The notes beneath the pieces are model-generated. The model ran no database searches. It was given only the letters and a program-made list of their open reading frames with translations, and was not told the DNA's origin. This document shows, in pieces, positions 52,972-62,554 of a DNA stretch of 64,000 bases. The stretch's first letter is position 1, and every line of letters starts with the position of its first letter. Source of the DNA: a candidate division FCPU426 bacterium (GTDB lineage Bacteria; Oederibacteriota; PGYV01; Palsa-1178); contig CAWIXE010000002.1 in NCBI GenBank assembly GCA_963840035.1, forward strand, positions 1,536,001-1,600,000, written 5' to 3'. Both the position numbers and the translations under genes were made by a program.

Positions 52972-54418
52972 ATGAACCCTCGTCATTATCCAGCCCTGAA
53001 ACCTGTTCAAAGGCTGTAAGTTCAGGTATAAAGGCCACCTGTTGCTCTTCTATGGGGCCGTTCCTGTTCTTGGCTATGATCAGCTTGCACTTTATTATCT
53101 GCCTGTCCACCCTCTCGCCGGATTCCAGCGTTTCTGTCGTGACGAGCGGGTCTTTTGATTCCCTGTGAATAAACAGCACGATATCCGCGTCCTGTTCGAT
53201 GGCGCCCGATTCCCTTAAGTCCGAAAGCCTGGGAGGCGACGCCTTATCCGCGGCTTTTTCCCTTTTTTCAACTTCGCGGTTAAGCTGGGAAAGCGCGATA
53301 ACCGGGAGCTTCATCTCGCTGGCAAGCATTTTAAGCGAGCGGGATATCTGCGATATCTGCTGCTCGCGCGGTATGTTTTCATTCGGCCGCACCAGCTGTA
53401 TGTAGTCCACTATTATAAGGTCGAGCTTCTTGCCTTTTTTCTGGAGTTCCGCTTTTAAAGTCCTGGTCTTAGCCTTCATGTCAAAAACATTATTGTCTTC
53501 GGTGTCTATGAATACGGAAGTGTTTGACAGCTCTCCCGCGACCCTCATCAGGCCGGCTTTGTCTTCGGAGTCAATCCTGCCGCGCCTGATCTTCTGGAGC
53601 GGCACGCGCGAACCCACGGCGAGCATCCTTCTTATAAGGTCAAAGTTGCTCATTTCAAAGCTGAATATGAGGACATTTTTCTTGTCATGCACGGCAAGCT
53701 TATACGCGATGTTGAGAACCAATGATGTCTTTCCGACGCCCGGCCTCGCGGCCACTATGACAAGCTCTCCCGGCTGAAGCCCCTGCGTACAGTCGTCTAT
53801 CTTCTGGAACCCTGTCGGAAGCCCGGTCATTACATCCGGTTCCTTTGATTTCTTTATTATCTGGTCGAATACATCGCCGACATCCTCGCTGACTTCCTGG
53901 AACGAATCGCGTTTCTTGCGGTGCGCGACCTTATATATCATGGATTCGGCGTCGACTAAAATCTCGTCAACCGTCATATCTTCCTTATAAGCGGCTTCAA
54001 CTATGCCGGTGGATAAGCCTATCATGTTTCTTTTGATGGATTTATCGACTACAATCTTCGCGTATTCAGTGGCGTTTTCATATGAAGGGATGGAGTCGGC
54101 AAGCGATGACACATACGACGCGCCGCCCGTGGTGTCAAGTATGCCCTTTGTCCCGAGCAGCTCGCAGACTGTCAGCGAATCTATGGCCTTGCCCTCGCTG
54201 TTTAACTGCTTCATTATCATGAATATGTTCCTGTGCCTGGGCTCGTAAAAATCCTCTTCGGTTACCAGCGCGGCCACGGAGTCAAACATCTCGTGGTTTA
54301 AGAGTATGGCGCCCAAAAGCGACTGTTCCGCCTCTATGCTGTTGGGCGGGACTTTTCCTTTTATCTCTGATTTGTACTGTTCAAGCTTCGGGCCCTGCGG
54401 CCCTTTTTTAAATGCCAT
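52964..54418 (-). CDS. dnaB: Replicative DNA helicase
   Basis: EAEQSLLG, AARPGVGKT, VDYIQL, LSQLNR, DLRESGAIEQDAD, KNRNGP. Confidence 0.98.
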   Translation of the reverse strand: MAFKKGPQGPKLEQYKSEIKGKVPPNSIEAEQSLLGAILLNHEMFDSVAALVTEEDFYEPRHRNIFMIMKQLNSEGKAIDSLTVCELLGTKGILDTTGGASYVSSLADSIPSYENATEYAKIVVDKSIKRNMIGLSTGIVEAAYKEDMTVDEILVDAESMIYKVAHRKKRDSFQEVSEDVGDVFDQIIKKSKEPDVMTGLPTGFQKIDDCTQGLQPGELVIVAARPGVGKTSLVLNIAYKLAVHDKKNVLIFSFEMSNFDLIRRMLAVGSRVPLQKIRRGRIDSEDKAGLMRVAGELSNTSVFIDTEDNNVFDMKAKTRTLKAELQKKGKKLDLIIVDYIQLVRPNENIPREQQISQISRSLKMLASEMKLPVIALSQLNREVEKREKAADKASPPRLSDLRESGAIEQDADIVLFIHRESKDPLVTTETLESGERVDRQIIKCKLIIAKNRNGPIEEQQVAFIPELTAFEQVSGLDNDEGSFG

Positions 54419-54864
54419 TATTTATCCTTTACTATCCACACTTTTATTTTTGCCTCTATGTCGTGCCTTAAGCGCACGGTCACGTTCTTCATGCCGAGTT
54501 CCTTGATATGCCCTGAAAGCGCGATGGATTTCTTATCAAGATTGTAATTTAATTTTTTGAGTTCGTCCACTATATCCGACTCAGATACGGAGCCGAATAA
54601 CTTGTCGTCTTCAGCGGCTTTTTTCTTTATGGTCACTTCCACGCCGTCTAGCTTGCTGGCGAGCTGGCGGAGATACTGTTCTTCCTCGTGCTTTTTTTCC
54701 GTCTTCTGATCAGCCTGCAGTTTGATATTCTTTATGGCTCCAGGAGTGGCCTCCACGGCCTTTTTTCCAGGAAACAGAAAATTCCTCGCGTAGCCTTCCG
54801 ACACCTTTACTACCTGGCCTGCCTTGCCGACCCCTTTAACGTCCTCCTTAAGAATTACTTCCAT
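54418..54864 (-). CDS. rplI: 50S ribosomal protein L9
   Basis: MEVILKEDV..G..G.VVKV.EGYARNFL, KLFGSV. Confidence 0.97.
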   Translation of the reverse strand: MEVILKEDVKGVGKAGQVVKVSEGYARNFLFPGKKAVEATPGAIKNIKLQADQKTEKKHEEEQYLRQLASKLDGVEVTIKKKAAEDDKLFGSVSESDIVDELKKLNYNLDKKSIALSGHIKELGMKNVTVRLRHDIEAKIKVWIVKDK

Positions 54865-55628
54865 ATGGAACCTCCCTTTTCTATTTTTCTCCAGTTGAAC
54901 CATGTATCCAGGACGCCTACCATCATTATCATGACGGACAGGAACATCCACGCTATTATCATGAAAATTATAATAAACTGGAGTATCGCCGGTACCTTAT
55001 GTTTTTTAAATAGGAAAGTTACTACCGAAAACCCTATCAGAAAGTACAGGTTCCCGAGTATAATGGCCGCGTTTAAGGACGTAACAAATGCGCCCTTCCA
55101 CGGTATCTGCTTGTAGAACATGAGCCCGGCCAGCGCCGCTATGAGTATCCACACAGCGCCTTCGTTCAAATGCCATAGCTCAAATGACGCCATCTGATTC
55201 TTAATGCCGTATTTTTTTACAGCGTAGAGCCTGGTGACAAAATAATTGAGGAATACCAGGAAAAGCGCGCTTATGGTAAACCAGGCAGGCAGGGCCTTTA
55301 TGATAAGGGTGTCCGCCTGCTCCCTTGTCCTTGCGATCGACGCCGCGTCCGCGCCGTTTGTTGCCGCGGTTTTCAGCGCAGCGTCCAGGCTGGCGTTGAG
55401 CTCCCCTGTCATGTAAACGATAATGTCATGGCCGAGGGCTTCTTTCAGCCCTATGTATACCCCAAAAAAAACAACCGCGAGGTACGCCATCCCCGCGGTT
55501 ATTATGGTTATCCATTTGTAATTTTTTTTGATCATGAAAAGCATTATAAGGTCCAGTATGCCGAAAAAAACCGCAAGGACCATCAGTTCTGTCAAAAGAC
55601 CCGCAATGATTTTCAGCGGCATATGCAC
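54855..55628 (-). CDS. YybS/DUF2232-like membrane protein
   Basis: Multi-TM with C-terminal G.LD.WFN.R; conserved rpsR-yybS-rplI context. Confidence 0.8.
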   Translation of the reverse strand: MHMPLKIIAGLLTELMVLAVFFGILDLIMLFMIKKNYKWITIITAGMAYLAVVFFGVYIGLKEALGHDIIVYMTGELNASLDAALKTAATNGADAASIARTREQADTLIIKALPAWFTISALFLVFLNYFVTRLYAVKKYGIKNQMASFELWHLNEGAVWILIAALAGLMFYKQIPWKGAFVTSLNAAIILGNLYFLIGFSVVTFLFKKHKVPAILQFIIIFMIIAWMFLSVMIMMVGVLDTWFNWRKIEKGGSIWK

Positions 55629-55655
55629 TGCCTTTACATTATTATTTTTTTATAC

Positions 55656-55922
55656 TTATTCCGCGACAAAGGGCAGTATGGCCGCTTCGCGCGCTTTCTT
55701 GATGCATTTTGTTACCATGCGCTGGTGTTTCGCGCAGTTACCCGTTACTCTCCTGGGAATGATCTTGCCTCTCTCAGTGATAAAGTTCTTCAGGTAGTCC
55801 TCATCTTTATAATCCAGGGCCTTGATCCTGCCCGTGCACATTTTGCAGCGTTTTTTCTTTATCCTTTTAAATCCGAATCCCTTGCCTCTGCTTGGTCCGC
55901 CTTCACTTTTGTTAGGGTACAT
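55656..55922 (-). CDS. rpsR: 30S ribosomal protein S18
   Basis: DYKD...[21 protein letters not shown]. Confidence 0.98.
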   Translation of the reverse strand: MYPNKSEGGPSRGKGFGFKRIKKKRCKMCTGRIKALDYKDEDYLKNFITERGKIIPRRVTGNCAKHQRMVTKCIKKAREAAILPFVAE

Positions 55923-55934
55923 TAAACTTCCTCC

Positions 55935-56351
55935 TTAAAATGGAGCGTCTTCCGGTGGTGCCGGAGGCGCATCTGGTCCTTCTTCAGCGGCCGGCTCGGT
56001 CCCGGTCTCGCCTTCTTTCTTCTTTTTATCCAGAAACTGCACCCTGTCAGCCACTACTTCGAGGACATTTTTCTTTTCCCCGCTCTCGGCTTCCCAGGTC
56101 CTGTACTGCAGCCTTCCTTCGACAAATATCGAAGAGCCTTTCCTTAAGAACGTGTGGCAGCTCTCCGCCTGCTTGCCCCACACAACTACCGTGACGTAAC
56201 AGACTTCTTCTTTTTTCTCGCCTGACTGCGTCGTATATGTCCTGTTAACGGCAAGCCTTAAGTTTGTGACAGGCTGCCCGTTCTTTCCGTATTTAATTTC
56301 CAGGTCCCTTGTGAGGTTCCCCATGAGAAAAACCCTGTTCAAATTAGCCAT
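55935..56351 (-). CDS. ssb: Single-stranded DNA-binding protein
   Basis: NRVFLMGNLTRD, VEGRL, acidic tail ending DAPF. Confidence 0.97.
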   Translation of the reverse strand: MANLNRVFLMGNLTRDLEIKYGKNGQPVTNLRLAVNRTYTTQSGEKKEEVCYVTVVVWGKQAESCHTFLRKGSSIFVEGRLQYRTWEAESGEKKNVLEVVADRVQFLDKKKKEGETGTEPAAEEGPDAPPAPPEDAPF

Positions 56352-56377
56352 TATCCGCCCTCAATCGCCAGGTAAGT

Positions 56378-56824
56378 TTAAGCCTGTGTTTCTTTGGGTG
56401 TTGTTTCTGTATCCGCTGCCGGAGCAACCGGAGCTTCTTCTTTTTTCTCAGAAGGAGCTGTAACAGCAGCTGCAGCAGCCGCGGCTGCGGCTTCAACAAC
56501 TTTCCTCTTTTTGGGTTTCTCAGGTTCCCTGATTGTAACGCCCGCCTGCGCGAGTGTGAACCTGTTGATGTCTTCGATGAGCCTTATCTTAGCGTTGAGC
56601 TCATTGGCTTTTGACGCGTCAAGGCCGAATTTCATGAATACATGAAATGCCTCGCGTGTCTTTTTTACGATAAAAGGAAGGCGCTTTTTGTTTGGCTGTC
56701 TTTCTTCCACGATCTCGCCCTTAGCGTCCGCTATTAAGACCTTTATCTTTTTAATGCAGTTGTCTACCTCTGCTTCGGAAAGCGTCGGCTTCAGAAAAAT
56801 AATACCGTCATACATTCTTTTCAT
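56378..56824 (-). CDS. rpsF: 30S ribosomal protein S6 with Ala/Glu-rich tail
   Basis: S6-like pattern (G.I..E....K.RLP..VKK); canonical rpsF-ssb-rpsR order. Confidence 0.88.
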   Translation of the reverse strand: MKRMYDGIIFLKPTLSEAEVDNCIKKIKVLIADAKGEIVEERQPNKKRLPFIVKKTREAFHVFMKFGLDASKANELNAKIRLIEDINRFTLAQAGVTIREPEKPKKRKVVEAAAAAAAAAVTAPSEKKEEAPVAPAADTETTPKETQA

Positions 56825-57049
56825 AAACTGTAAATCTCCTTTCAAAATTGAAATAATTATTGCTTTTTAGGATAGTAATATCCCATCCTGCAAAAGGCCG
56901 CAGTGAAATGATAGATTATCATAATTTGAAAATCAATGCAAGTATTTTTATGGGCAAATAACGCTTTTATGGATTTCATCAATAAAATATGGTAGTATTA
57001 TTACGGTTTAGTAACAGGAACCGCCAATCCAAATATTTGAAAGGCTTAA

Positions 57050-58012
57050 ATGGAGATAAATCACGATTTCCTCAATAAATTCAAGGGTTTTTCAGGACAA
57101 AAAGGCCCTAAAAAGCGGTTCAACGAACTGCCAGGTGAGGTCATATCCAGGAATAACACCAAATTCCTGATAACCACCAACTCCCGGGACTTTAAGTCTT
57201 TTTTCCTGCCTGAGCCCGAATTCTTCAAAGAAGCCTATAACAACACCCTTGAACTTTTATACGGTATAAGGGACAGGAAAGCGCAGAAAATAATTGAATG
57301 CGGCATCAAGGACTTAAAAAGCGCCTCCGGCCATGAGAAATACGGGAAAGAGGCGTGCCATATCCTCTCGGCTCTGGATAAGGACTTTCACTCCATTAAA
57401 AGCGTCCTCTCTTCCAGGTTTTCCCCTTCGCACAGGCTCTTCTTTCTGCTTTCGGCTTTCTTTAAACCCGAGGAACTTCTCTTTGTGGATATAGAGACCA
57501 AGTCGCTGTTCTTTGAGACCTCTATAATAGAGATAGGCGCGGGTTACTTTGAGGGGAAGACTTTTACAGTCAAGCAGTTTACCTGTTTATCCGACGCTGC
57601 AGAATATGAAATACTCGAGGAATTCGGAAAACTCCTCACCGGCAAAAAAGCTTTTGTGACATTCAACGGCAGGACATTCGACATACCATTCATCGACGGC
57701 AGAATATCCTATTACGGCGGCATCAGCTCGACCGTTGATTTGATGGAACTTCACAACTTTGACCTGCTTCACTTCTCCAGGTGCTGCTATAAGGAGGAGT
57801 TTGACTCCTACAGGCTTAAATCCCTTGAAGTAAATGTGCTCGGCAAGGAACGCGAGGGCGACATAGACGGCGCCGAGGTGCAGGTTTACTTTGAGAACTT
57901 TGTGAACACCGGCGACCCGAAATACATAGAGCCCATCATCTACCATAACATGGAGGATATTTACGCCATGGTGCAGCTGATGGAAAGGCTGATGGCAAGA
58001 TGGACAGAATAG
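57050..58012 (+). CDS. YprB/MrfB-like RNase H-fold (DEDD) exonuclease
   Basis: FVDIET, VTFNGRTFDIPF, FDLL, L..LE, HNMED. Confidence 0.85.
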   Translation: MEINHDFLNKFKGFSGQKGPKKRFNELPGEVISRNNTKFLITTNSRDFKSFFLPEPEFFKEAYNNTLELLYGIRDRKAQKIIECGIKDLKSASGHEKYGKEACHILSALDKDFHSIKSVLSSRFSPSHRLFFLLSAFFKPEELLFVDIETKSLFFETSIIEIGAGYFEGKTFTVKQFTCLSDAAEYEILEEFGKLLTGKKAFVTFNGRTFDIPFIDGRISYYGGISSTVDLMELHNFDLLHFSRCCYKEEFDSYRLKSLEVNVLGKEREGDIDGAEVQVYFENFVNTGDPKYIEPIIYHNMEDIYAMVQLMERLMARWTE

Positions 58013-60219
58013 AGAAATTCATAGCCGGCATAAACGGCAAACTTTTTTACAACCACCAGATATCATCGGTCATACGCTTAGACGGAATTAACGCCGTCAA
58101 CGCGGAGGGCATGGAATTCTCCCCTGCCATCGCGAGGTATTTAAAATCCTGCGGCATTGAAAACCTATACACCCACCAGGCAGAGGCAATCAGGCATGTC
58201 AGGGCGGGAAAGAACGTGATAATCACGACACCTACGGCTTCGGGCAAGACACTAGGCTTTAATATCCCTGTATTTGAAAAAATACAGGAAGATAAGGAAA
58301 CAACCGCGCTGTATATTTACCCTGCCAAGGCGCTCTCAAACGACCAGTACAACAACATCAAAGAAATGAAGGCCGCTTCAGGCATAGAAATGGAAGCCGG
58401 CATCTACGACGGCGATACGGAAGCGCAATTAAAGAAACATCTGCGCGAAGAAGCGAACATAATAATAACAAACCCCTACGAGCTTCATCAGGTGCTTCCC
58501 TTCCACCCAAAGTGGAAGAGCTTCTATAAAAACTTAAAATTCGTCGTCATTGACGAGGCCCACAGGTATAAAGGCATCTTCGGGTCCAACATAGCCTTCC
58601 TTCTGCGGCGCTTAAAACGCGTGCTGAAAGTTTATAAGGCAAACCCGCAGTTCATCGCCTCGACCGCGTCAATTGCCAACCCCCTGGAATTCATGGAAAA
58701 ACTTACAGGCGAAGACTTCACAGTTGTTGACAACAACGGCGCGCCATCCGGCGAGAAGCACCTCGTGCTGTGGGACCCGTCAACGTATCCGGAGAAATCA
58801 GTGCATACGCAGACCAAGGATATACTGCTGCACTCAGCCAAATCAGGCTTCCAGACACTCGCGTTTGTGACATCCAGGCGCTTAGCAGAGCTGATCCGGC
58901 GCTGGGCAAACCAGGAGGACCGGGGCGTTGAAATACTTTCCTACCGCGCAGGCTACTCACCCGAGATAAGGCGCGACATTGAGGCAAAATTAAAATCAGG
59001 CGAATTAAAAGGAGTGGTTTCCACAAACGCCCTTGAGCTGGGCATTGACATAGGGCAGCTGGATGTCATCATTATATCCGGTTACCCGGGATCAATTTCA
59101 TCCTTCTGGCAGCAGGCAGGACGTGCCGGGCGCAAGATGAAAGATTCAGCCGTATTCTATATCCCCCACGAAGACGCCATGCAAAAATACATATTAAACC
59201 ACCCGGACATACTGACCTCAAAGAACTTTGAAAACGCTGTTATTTCAACGGAAAACCCCAATATAATAAACGGCCACGTGCTGTGCGCCATATCCGAGGT
59301 AATGGCTGAGAATACAAGGATATTCCCCGACATTGACACGGAGCCATTCATGGAAACGCTCATAGACAAAGGGCTGGTTACAAAAACGCCGCGCGGCCTG
59401 ATTTACGCCGGCTCCAAAAGGCCGCAGGACGTTGTCGGGCTCGATTCCATCGGGTCTAAAAACATCAAGATCAAGATAGATGGCAGGATTCTCGAAGAGA
59501 TATCCGTCACCCGCGCCTATGAAGAAGCGCATAAAGGCGCAGTTCATCTTTTTAACGGTGAGACATATGTCATACAGGAATTGAACCTGGAAGAGGGCGT
59601 GGCAATAGCGGCCAAGGAAGAAGTGGAGCATTACACCGAGACTATGAAAGACGAGGATGTTAAGATACTAAAAATAATGAAATCAAAAGAATACGCGAAC
59701 TTCAAGCTCTTCTTCGGCAATGTTTCAGTCACGGAATTCTATAAATCTTATAAGACCAAAAAAGGCGGCAAGGTCCTTTCCTACGACGACCTCTTCCTGC
59801 CGCCGCTTACGTTTACGACAGAAGCAGTCTGGTTTGAGCTTGACCCCGGCATAAACCGCAAAGTTTTAAAGCAGGACCTCGACTTTGACGGTTCCATCCA
59901 CGCCGCGGAACACGCGCTGATTGCCCTCGCGCCGCTGTGGGCCATGTGCGACAGGAACGACATAGGAGGCAGGTCATACCCGGTATATGAGGACGGAAAC
60001 TCGGTGATTTTTATATACGACGGATACGACGGCGGTATAGGGATATCGGAAAAACTATACGACATATTCCCGTCGCTGGTGACGAATACGCACGACATGG
60101 TAAAGACATGCACGTGTGAGACGGGGTGCCCCTATTGCGTATATTCGCCAAAGTGCGGTAATAATAACAACCCGATAGATAAGGCCGGGGCTGTAGTTAT
60201 ATTGAAGGAATTGTTTTGA
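58000..60219 (+). CDS. DEAH-box helicase with DUF1998 (MrfA/Hrq1 family)
   Basis: TPTASGKT, YPAKAL..DQ, DEAH, ALELGIDIG, QQAGRAGR, HAAEH, YDG..GG.G, CTCETGCPYC. Confidence 0.93.
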   Translation: MDRIEKFIAGINGKLFYNHQISSVIRLDGINAVNAEGMEFSPAIARYLKSCGIENLYTHQAEAIRHVRAGKNVIITTPTASGKTLGFNIPVFEKIQEDKETTALYIYPAKALSNDQYNNIKEMKAASGIEMEAGIYDGDTEAQLKKHLREEANIIITNPYELHQVLPFHPKWKSFYKNLKFVVIDEAHRYKGIFGSNIAFLLRRLKRVLKVYKANPQFIASTASIANPLEFMEKLTGEDFTVVDNNGAPSGEKHLVLWDPSTYPEKSVHTQTKDILLHSAKSGFQTLAFVTSRRLAELIRRWANQEDRGVEILSYRAGYSPEIRRDIEAKLKSGELKGVVSTNALELGIDIGQLDVIIISGYPGSISSFWQQAGRAGRKMKDSAVFYIPHEDAMQKYILNHPDILTSKNFENAVISTENPNIINGHVLCAISEVMAENTRIFPDIDTEPFMETLIDKGLVTKTPRGLIYAGSKRPQDVVGLDSIGSKNIKIKIDGRILEEISVTRAYEEAHKGAVHLFNGETYVIQELNLEEGVAIAAKEEVEHYTETMKDEDVKILKIMKSKEYANFKLFFGNVSVTEFYKSYKTKKGGKVLSYDDLFLPPLTFTTEAVWFELDPGINRKVLKQDLDFDGSIHAAEHALIALAPLWAMCDRNDIGGRSYPVYEDGNSVIFIYDGYDGGIGISEKLYDIFPSLVTNTHDMVKTCTCETGCPYCVYSPKCGNNNNPIDKAGAVVILKELF

Positions 60220-60237
60220 GCCGGATGCCAAGCGCCA

Positions 60238-60468
60238 TTATTTCCAGGTATGCGGTTTTATCTGCAGTTGATATCCAGAGGCATAAACAATCGCAAAAAA
60301 TTCCTCAAGCGTCATTTGCCTCCAGCCCTGTCCAGCCTTTTCAGCCCTTTTTTTGGTTCTCTTTGCTTTTTCATCGTCCTTAAGAAATAAAGAATAACTT
60401 GACTTCATGAGTTTCTTTACACGTCTTGTACCTTTTGTTGTTTTGATATGTACCTTTTTTGTTTTCAT
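60238..60468 (-). CDS. Small basic hypothetical protein
   Basis: 76 aa with AGGGGG RBS; C-terminus loosely like an HTH-antitoxin end. Confidence 0.4.
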   Translation of the reverse strand: MKTKKVHIKTTKGTRRVKKLMKSSYSLFLKDDEKAKRTKKRAEKAGQGWRQMTLEEFFAIVYASGYQLQIKPHTWK

Positions 60469-60563
60469 ACATTCCCCCTTAATTTTTATAAACCCGATCC
60501 TTTTCGGCGTCCGGCAGGACAACAAACCATCATTTAAATCCGGTGCCCTGCCGGCTAAAGCAA

Positions 60564-60782
60564 TCAGTACCCATTGGATTTTGTGCTGTCCACTCCCTTA
60601 TTTTCCGTTTCCTCCTGCACGTCGCCTGCGAGTGCCTCTTTTCCGCCTTCGCTCTCCAGCTCCCTGACCAGAGCCCTTTCCGCGAACTTGCTTATCTTCA
60701 ATCCCTGTCCGTCACAAAACTTCCTGATCTTATTCCTCAGACTTTTTTCAAGTGTAATCACAAGTTGGGCCTTGTTTTCCAT
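60564..60782 (-). CDS. Probable ribbon-helix-helix DNA-binding protein
   Basis: QLVITLEKSLRNKIRKFC...GLKISKFAERAL strand-helix-helix pattern; GGAGG RBS. Confidence 0.55.
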   Translation of the reverse strand: MENKAQLVITLEKSLRNKIRKFCDGQGLKISKFAERALVRELESEGGKEALAGDVQEETENKGVDSTKSNGY

Positions 60783-60884
60783 TATCATCCCCTCCTTTCT
60801 GATTTGTGCGTTTTTACACACGCTGCCATATTTAGAACGCCAACCGGCTTTAAAAGCCGGGGGATTTCACCCCCCGGCACATGC

Positions 60885-62048
60885 TCACTTTCCCCGGTTA
60901 AGCCGTTTCTTTTTTATCTTTTCAAAAAGCTCCTTAAGCGGGCTCCTTTCCCTTTCCTCCCTGGCTGCGTCCAAAGGGTCCGCGTCCGGGCTGAACCTGT
61001 CGTAACCCGGCGCCGCCTTTATGTCGAGCTTGCGCCTTTTGAGTATCGCGTGTATGCTCAATTTGGGTATTTCCACGTCAGGAAGCTGGTTGTTTATGTA
61101 CACAAGACCGGCATTTACCGATGTTTTCACACCGGCTTTACGCGCGGCGTCCAAAACATCCATCCGTTTCTTCCTCCTTGCCCAGATTTTCCTGAATTCC
61201 TTTACCACGCGTTTTGCGTGACGCTTCCTTATCGCCCTGCTTACAAATCCCGAGTGGTAGTAGACTGTATCGCTTGTATTGCCGTTGAATATCCTCCACG
61301 GATATTCCTGATTTAACTGCCTTTTGACCTCGTCAATTGCGGTCTGGGTCTCTTCAAAGGACAACACACCCTTGTGTTCCAGCGCGCCCTTTATCATCTT
61401 GTTTATCCTCTCAAGCTTGCCGTTAAAACCCGGATACCTCCTCGGGCTTGGCAATGGCGTTATGCCTTCCTTTAAAAGAAGGTCGAGGACATCCGAATTA
61501 TTGAACTCGCTTCCCCTGTCAAATTTGAGATTTACAGGTACTTCCCCTAAACCATAGATGGTATCCCGGATAACCCTTGCGGCTGTTTCACCGTCAATTT
61601 TCGGGCACAACCTGGATGCGAGTATGCTGCGCGAACGCTCGTCAACTATCAGAATGAGGTATGCCCTTCCTTCTTTGACTTTCACATACGTAGTGTCTAT
61701 GGCCCAGCATGAGTGGATATGCTTCCAGTGCACATATTTCGGTTTGCGTTTTATCGCGGATTCCTTCTTCACATTATCCTTTTTTTCCCAGTCTTCTTTC
61801 CTTATCCTCCTTGCCTCACTTTCAGAAACCCCGGCAAACTTCCCCAAAGCATAGTTGGAAATCCTACCGTTATAATGGTCCAGGTATGCCTTTACTTTTT
61901 CCACCGTAATCCATCCGAGGTAATAAACGCCGCCCCTTCTTCTCCCCGGTGTTTCATATTTAAGCTTCCCGGTCAACCGCCTTTTTTCCCAGTCATAAAA
62001 CACGCTGCGCGGCACCCCTGTGGCGGAACAGAAATCCGAAACGCTCAT
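60885..62048 (-). CDS. DDE integrase-core protein (OrfB-like; probably reached by -1 frameshift)
   Basis: WAIDTT, FDRGSEF, GKLER catalytic motifs; frame open from 62126. Confidence 0.85.
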   Translation of the reverse strand: MSVSDFCSATGVPRSVFYDWEKRRLTGKLKYETPGRRRGGVYYLGWITVEKVKAYLDHYNGRISNYALGKFAGVSESEARRIRKEDWEKKDNVKKESAIKRKPKYVHWKHIHSCWAIDTTYVKVKEGRAYLILIVDERSRSILASRLCPKIDGETAARVIRDTIYGLGEVPVNLKFDRGSEFNNSDVLDLLLKEGITPLPSPRRYPGFNGKLERINKMIKGALEHKGVLSFEETQTAIDEVKRQLNQEYPWRIFNGNTSDTVYYHSGFVSRAIRKRHAKRVVKEFRKIWARRKKRMDVLDAARKAGVKTSVNAGLVYINNQLPDVEIPKLSIHAILKRRKLDIKAAPGYDRFSPDADPLDAAREERERSPLKELFEKIKKKRLNRGK

Positions 62049-62074
62049 GCCTTTCTTTCCAGCGCGCCTGGAAC

Positions 62075-62554
62075 TTAAAAGAAGTACTTTTCTAAGACGC
62101 GCTCCATTTTCCCGTTTTTTTTTGGGTCAAGCCCCTCTTTTTTAAAGAACGAGTACGCATGTGCCAGCATTTCCTTCTGCCTGTTCATCTCATTAATCAC
62201 TGCCTGGAGCCTCGTGTTTTCCATCTTTGTTGTTCTCAGTTGGCGTTCCGACGCTTGCAGGGTTTTCCGTACTTCCGCGTCCCGGACATAGCCCTTCTCC
62301 TTCCTGCCTCTCCGGTTGGATTCCAGGGCCAATATCGCCCCTTCCTGAAACTTTCTGCTCCACTCCCACACCACTTCCCTCGTCACCCCCGCCTGCTTTG
62401 CCGCCTCCTTCACCTGTGTCCTGCCGCAAAGAACTTCCAGTACCGTCCTGAACTTTGTCCTTGCCTGTATCTTCTTGTGAAACCTGTCTTCCGGCGCCTC
62501 TATCTCCGGCATCCTGTTGTTTTCCTCCGGAGCTGCCTGCAATAACTTCGTCAT
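62075..62554 (-). CDS. HTH protein (OrfA-like)
   Basis: EAAKQAGVTREVVWEW HTH plus coiled coil; AAGGAGGAG RBS. Confidence 0.8.
   Translation of the reverse strand: MTKLLQAAPEENNRMPEIEAPEDRFHKKIQARTKFRTVLEVLCGRTQVKEAAKQAGVTREVVWEWSRKFQEGAILALESNRRGRKEKGYVRDAEVRKTLQASERQLRTTKMENTRLQAVINEMNRQKEMLAHAYSFFKKEGLDPKKNGKMERVLEKYFF

Noticed and set aside
52964..54418. Intein in DnaB
   Set aside because: Normal length and contiguous motifs
56850..56905. S6:S18 ribosomal leader; L10 leader at 11489-11501
   Set aside because: Hairpin before rpsF present but motif not confirmable by eye; rplA-rplJ gap is only 13 nt, too short for an L10 leader
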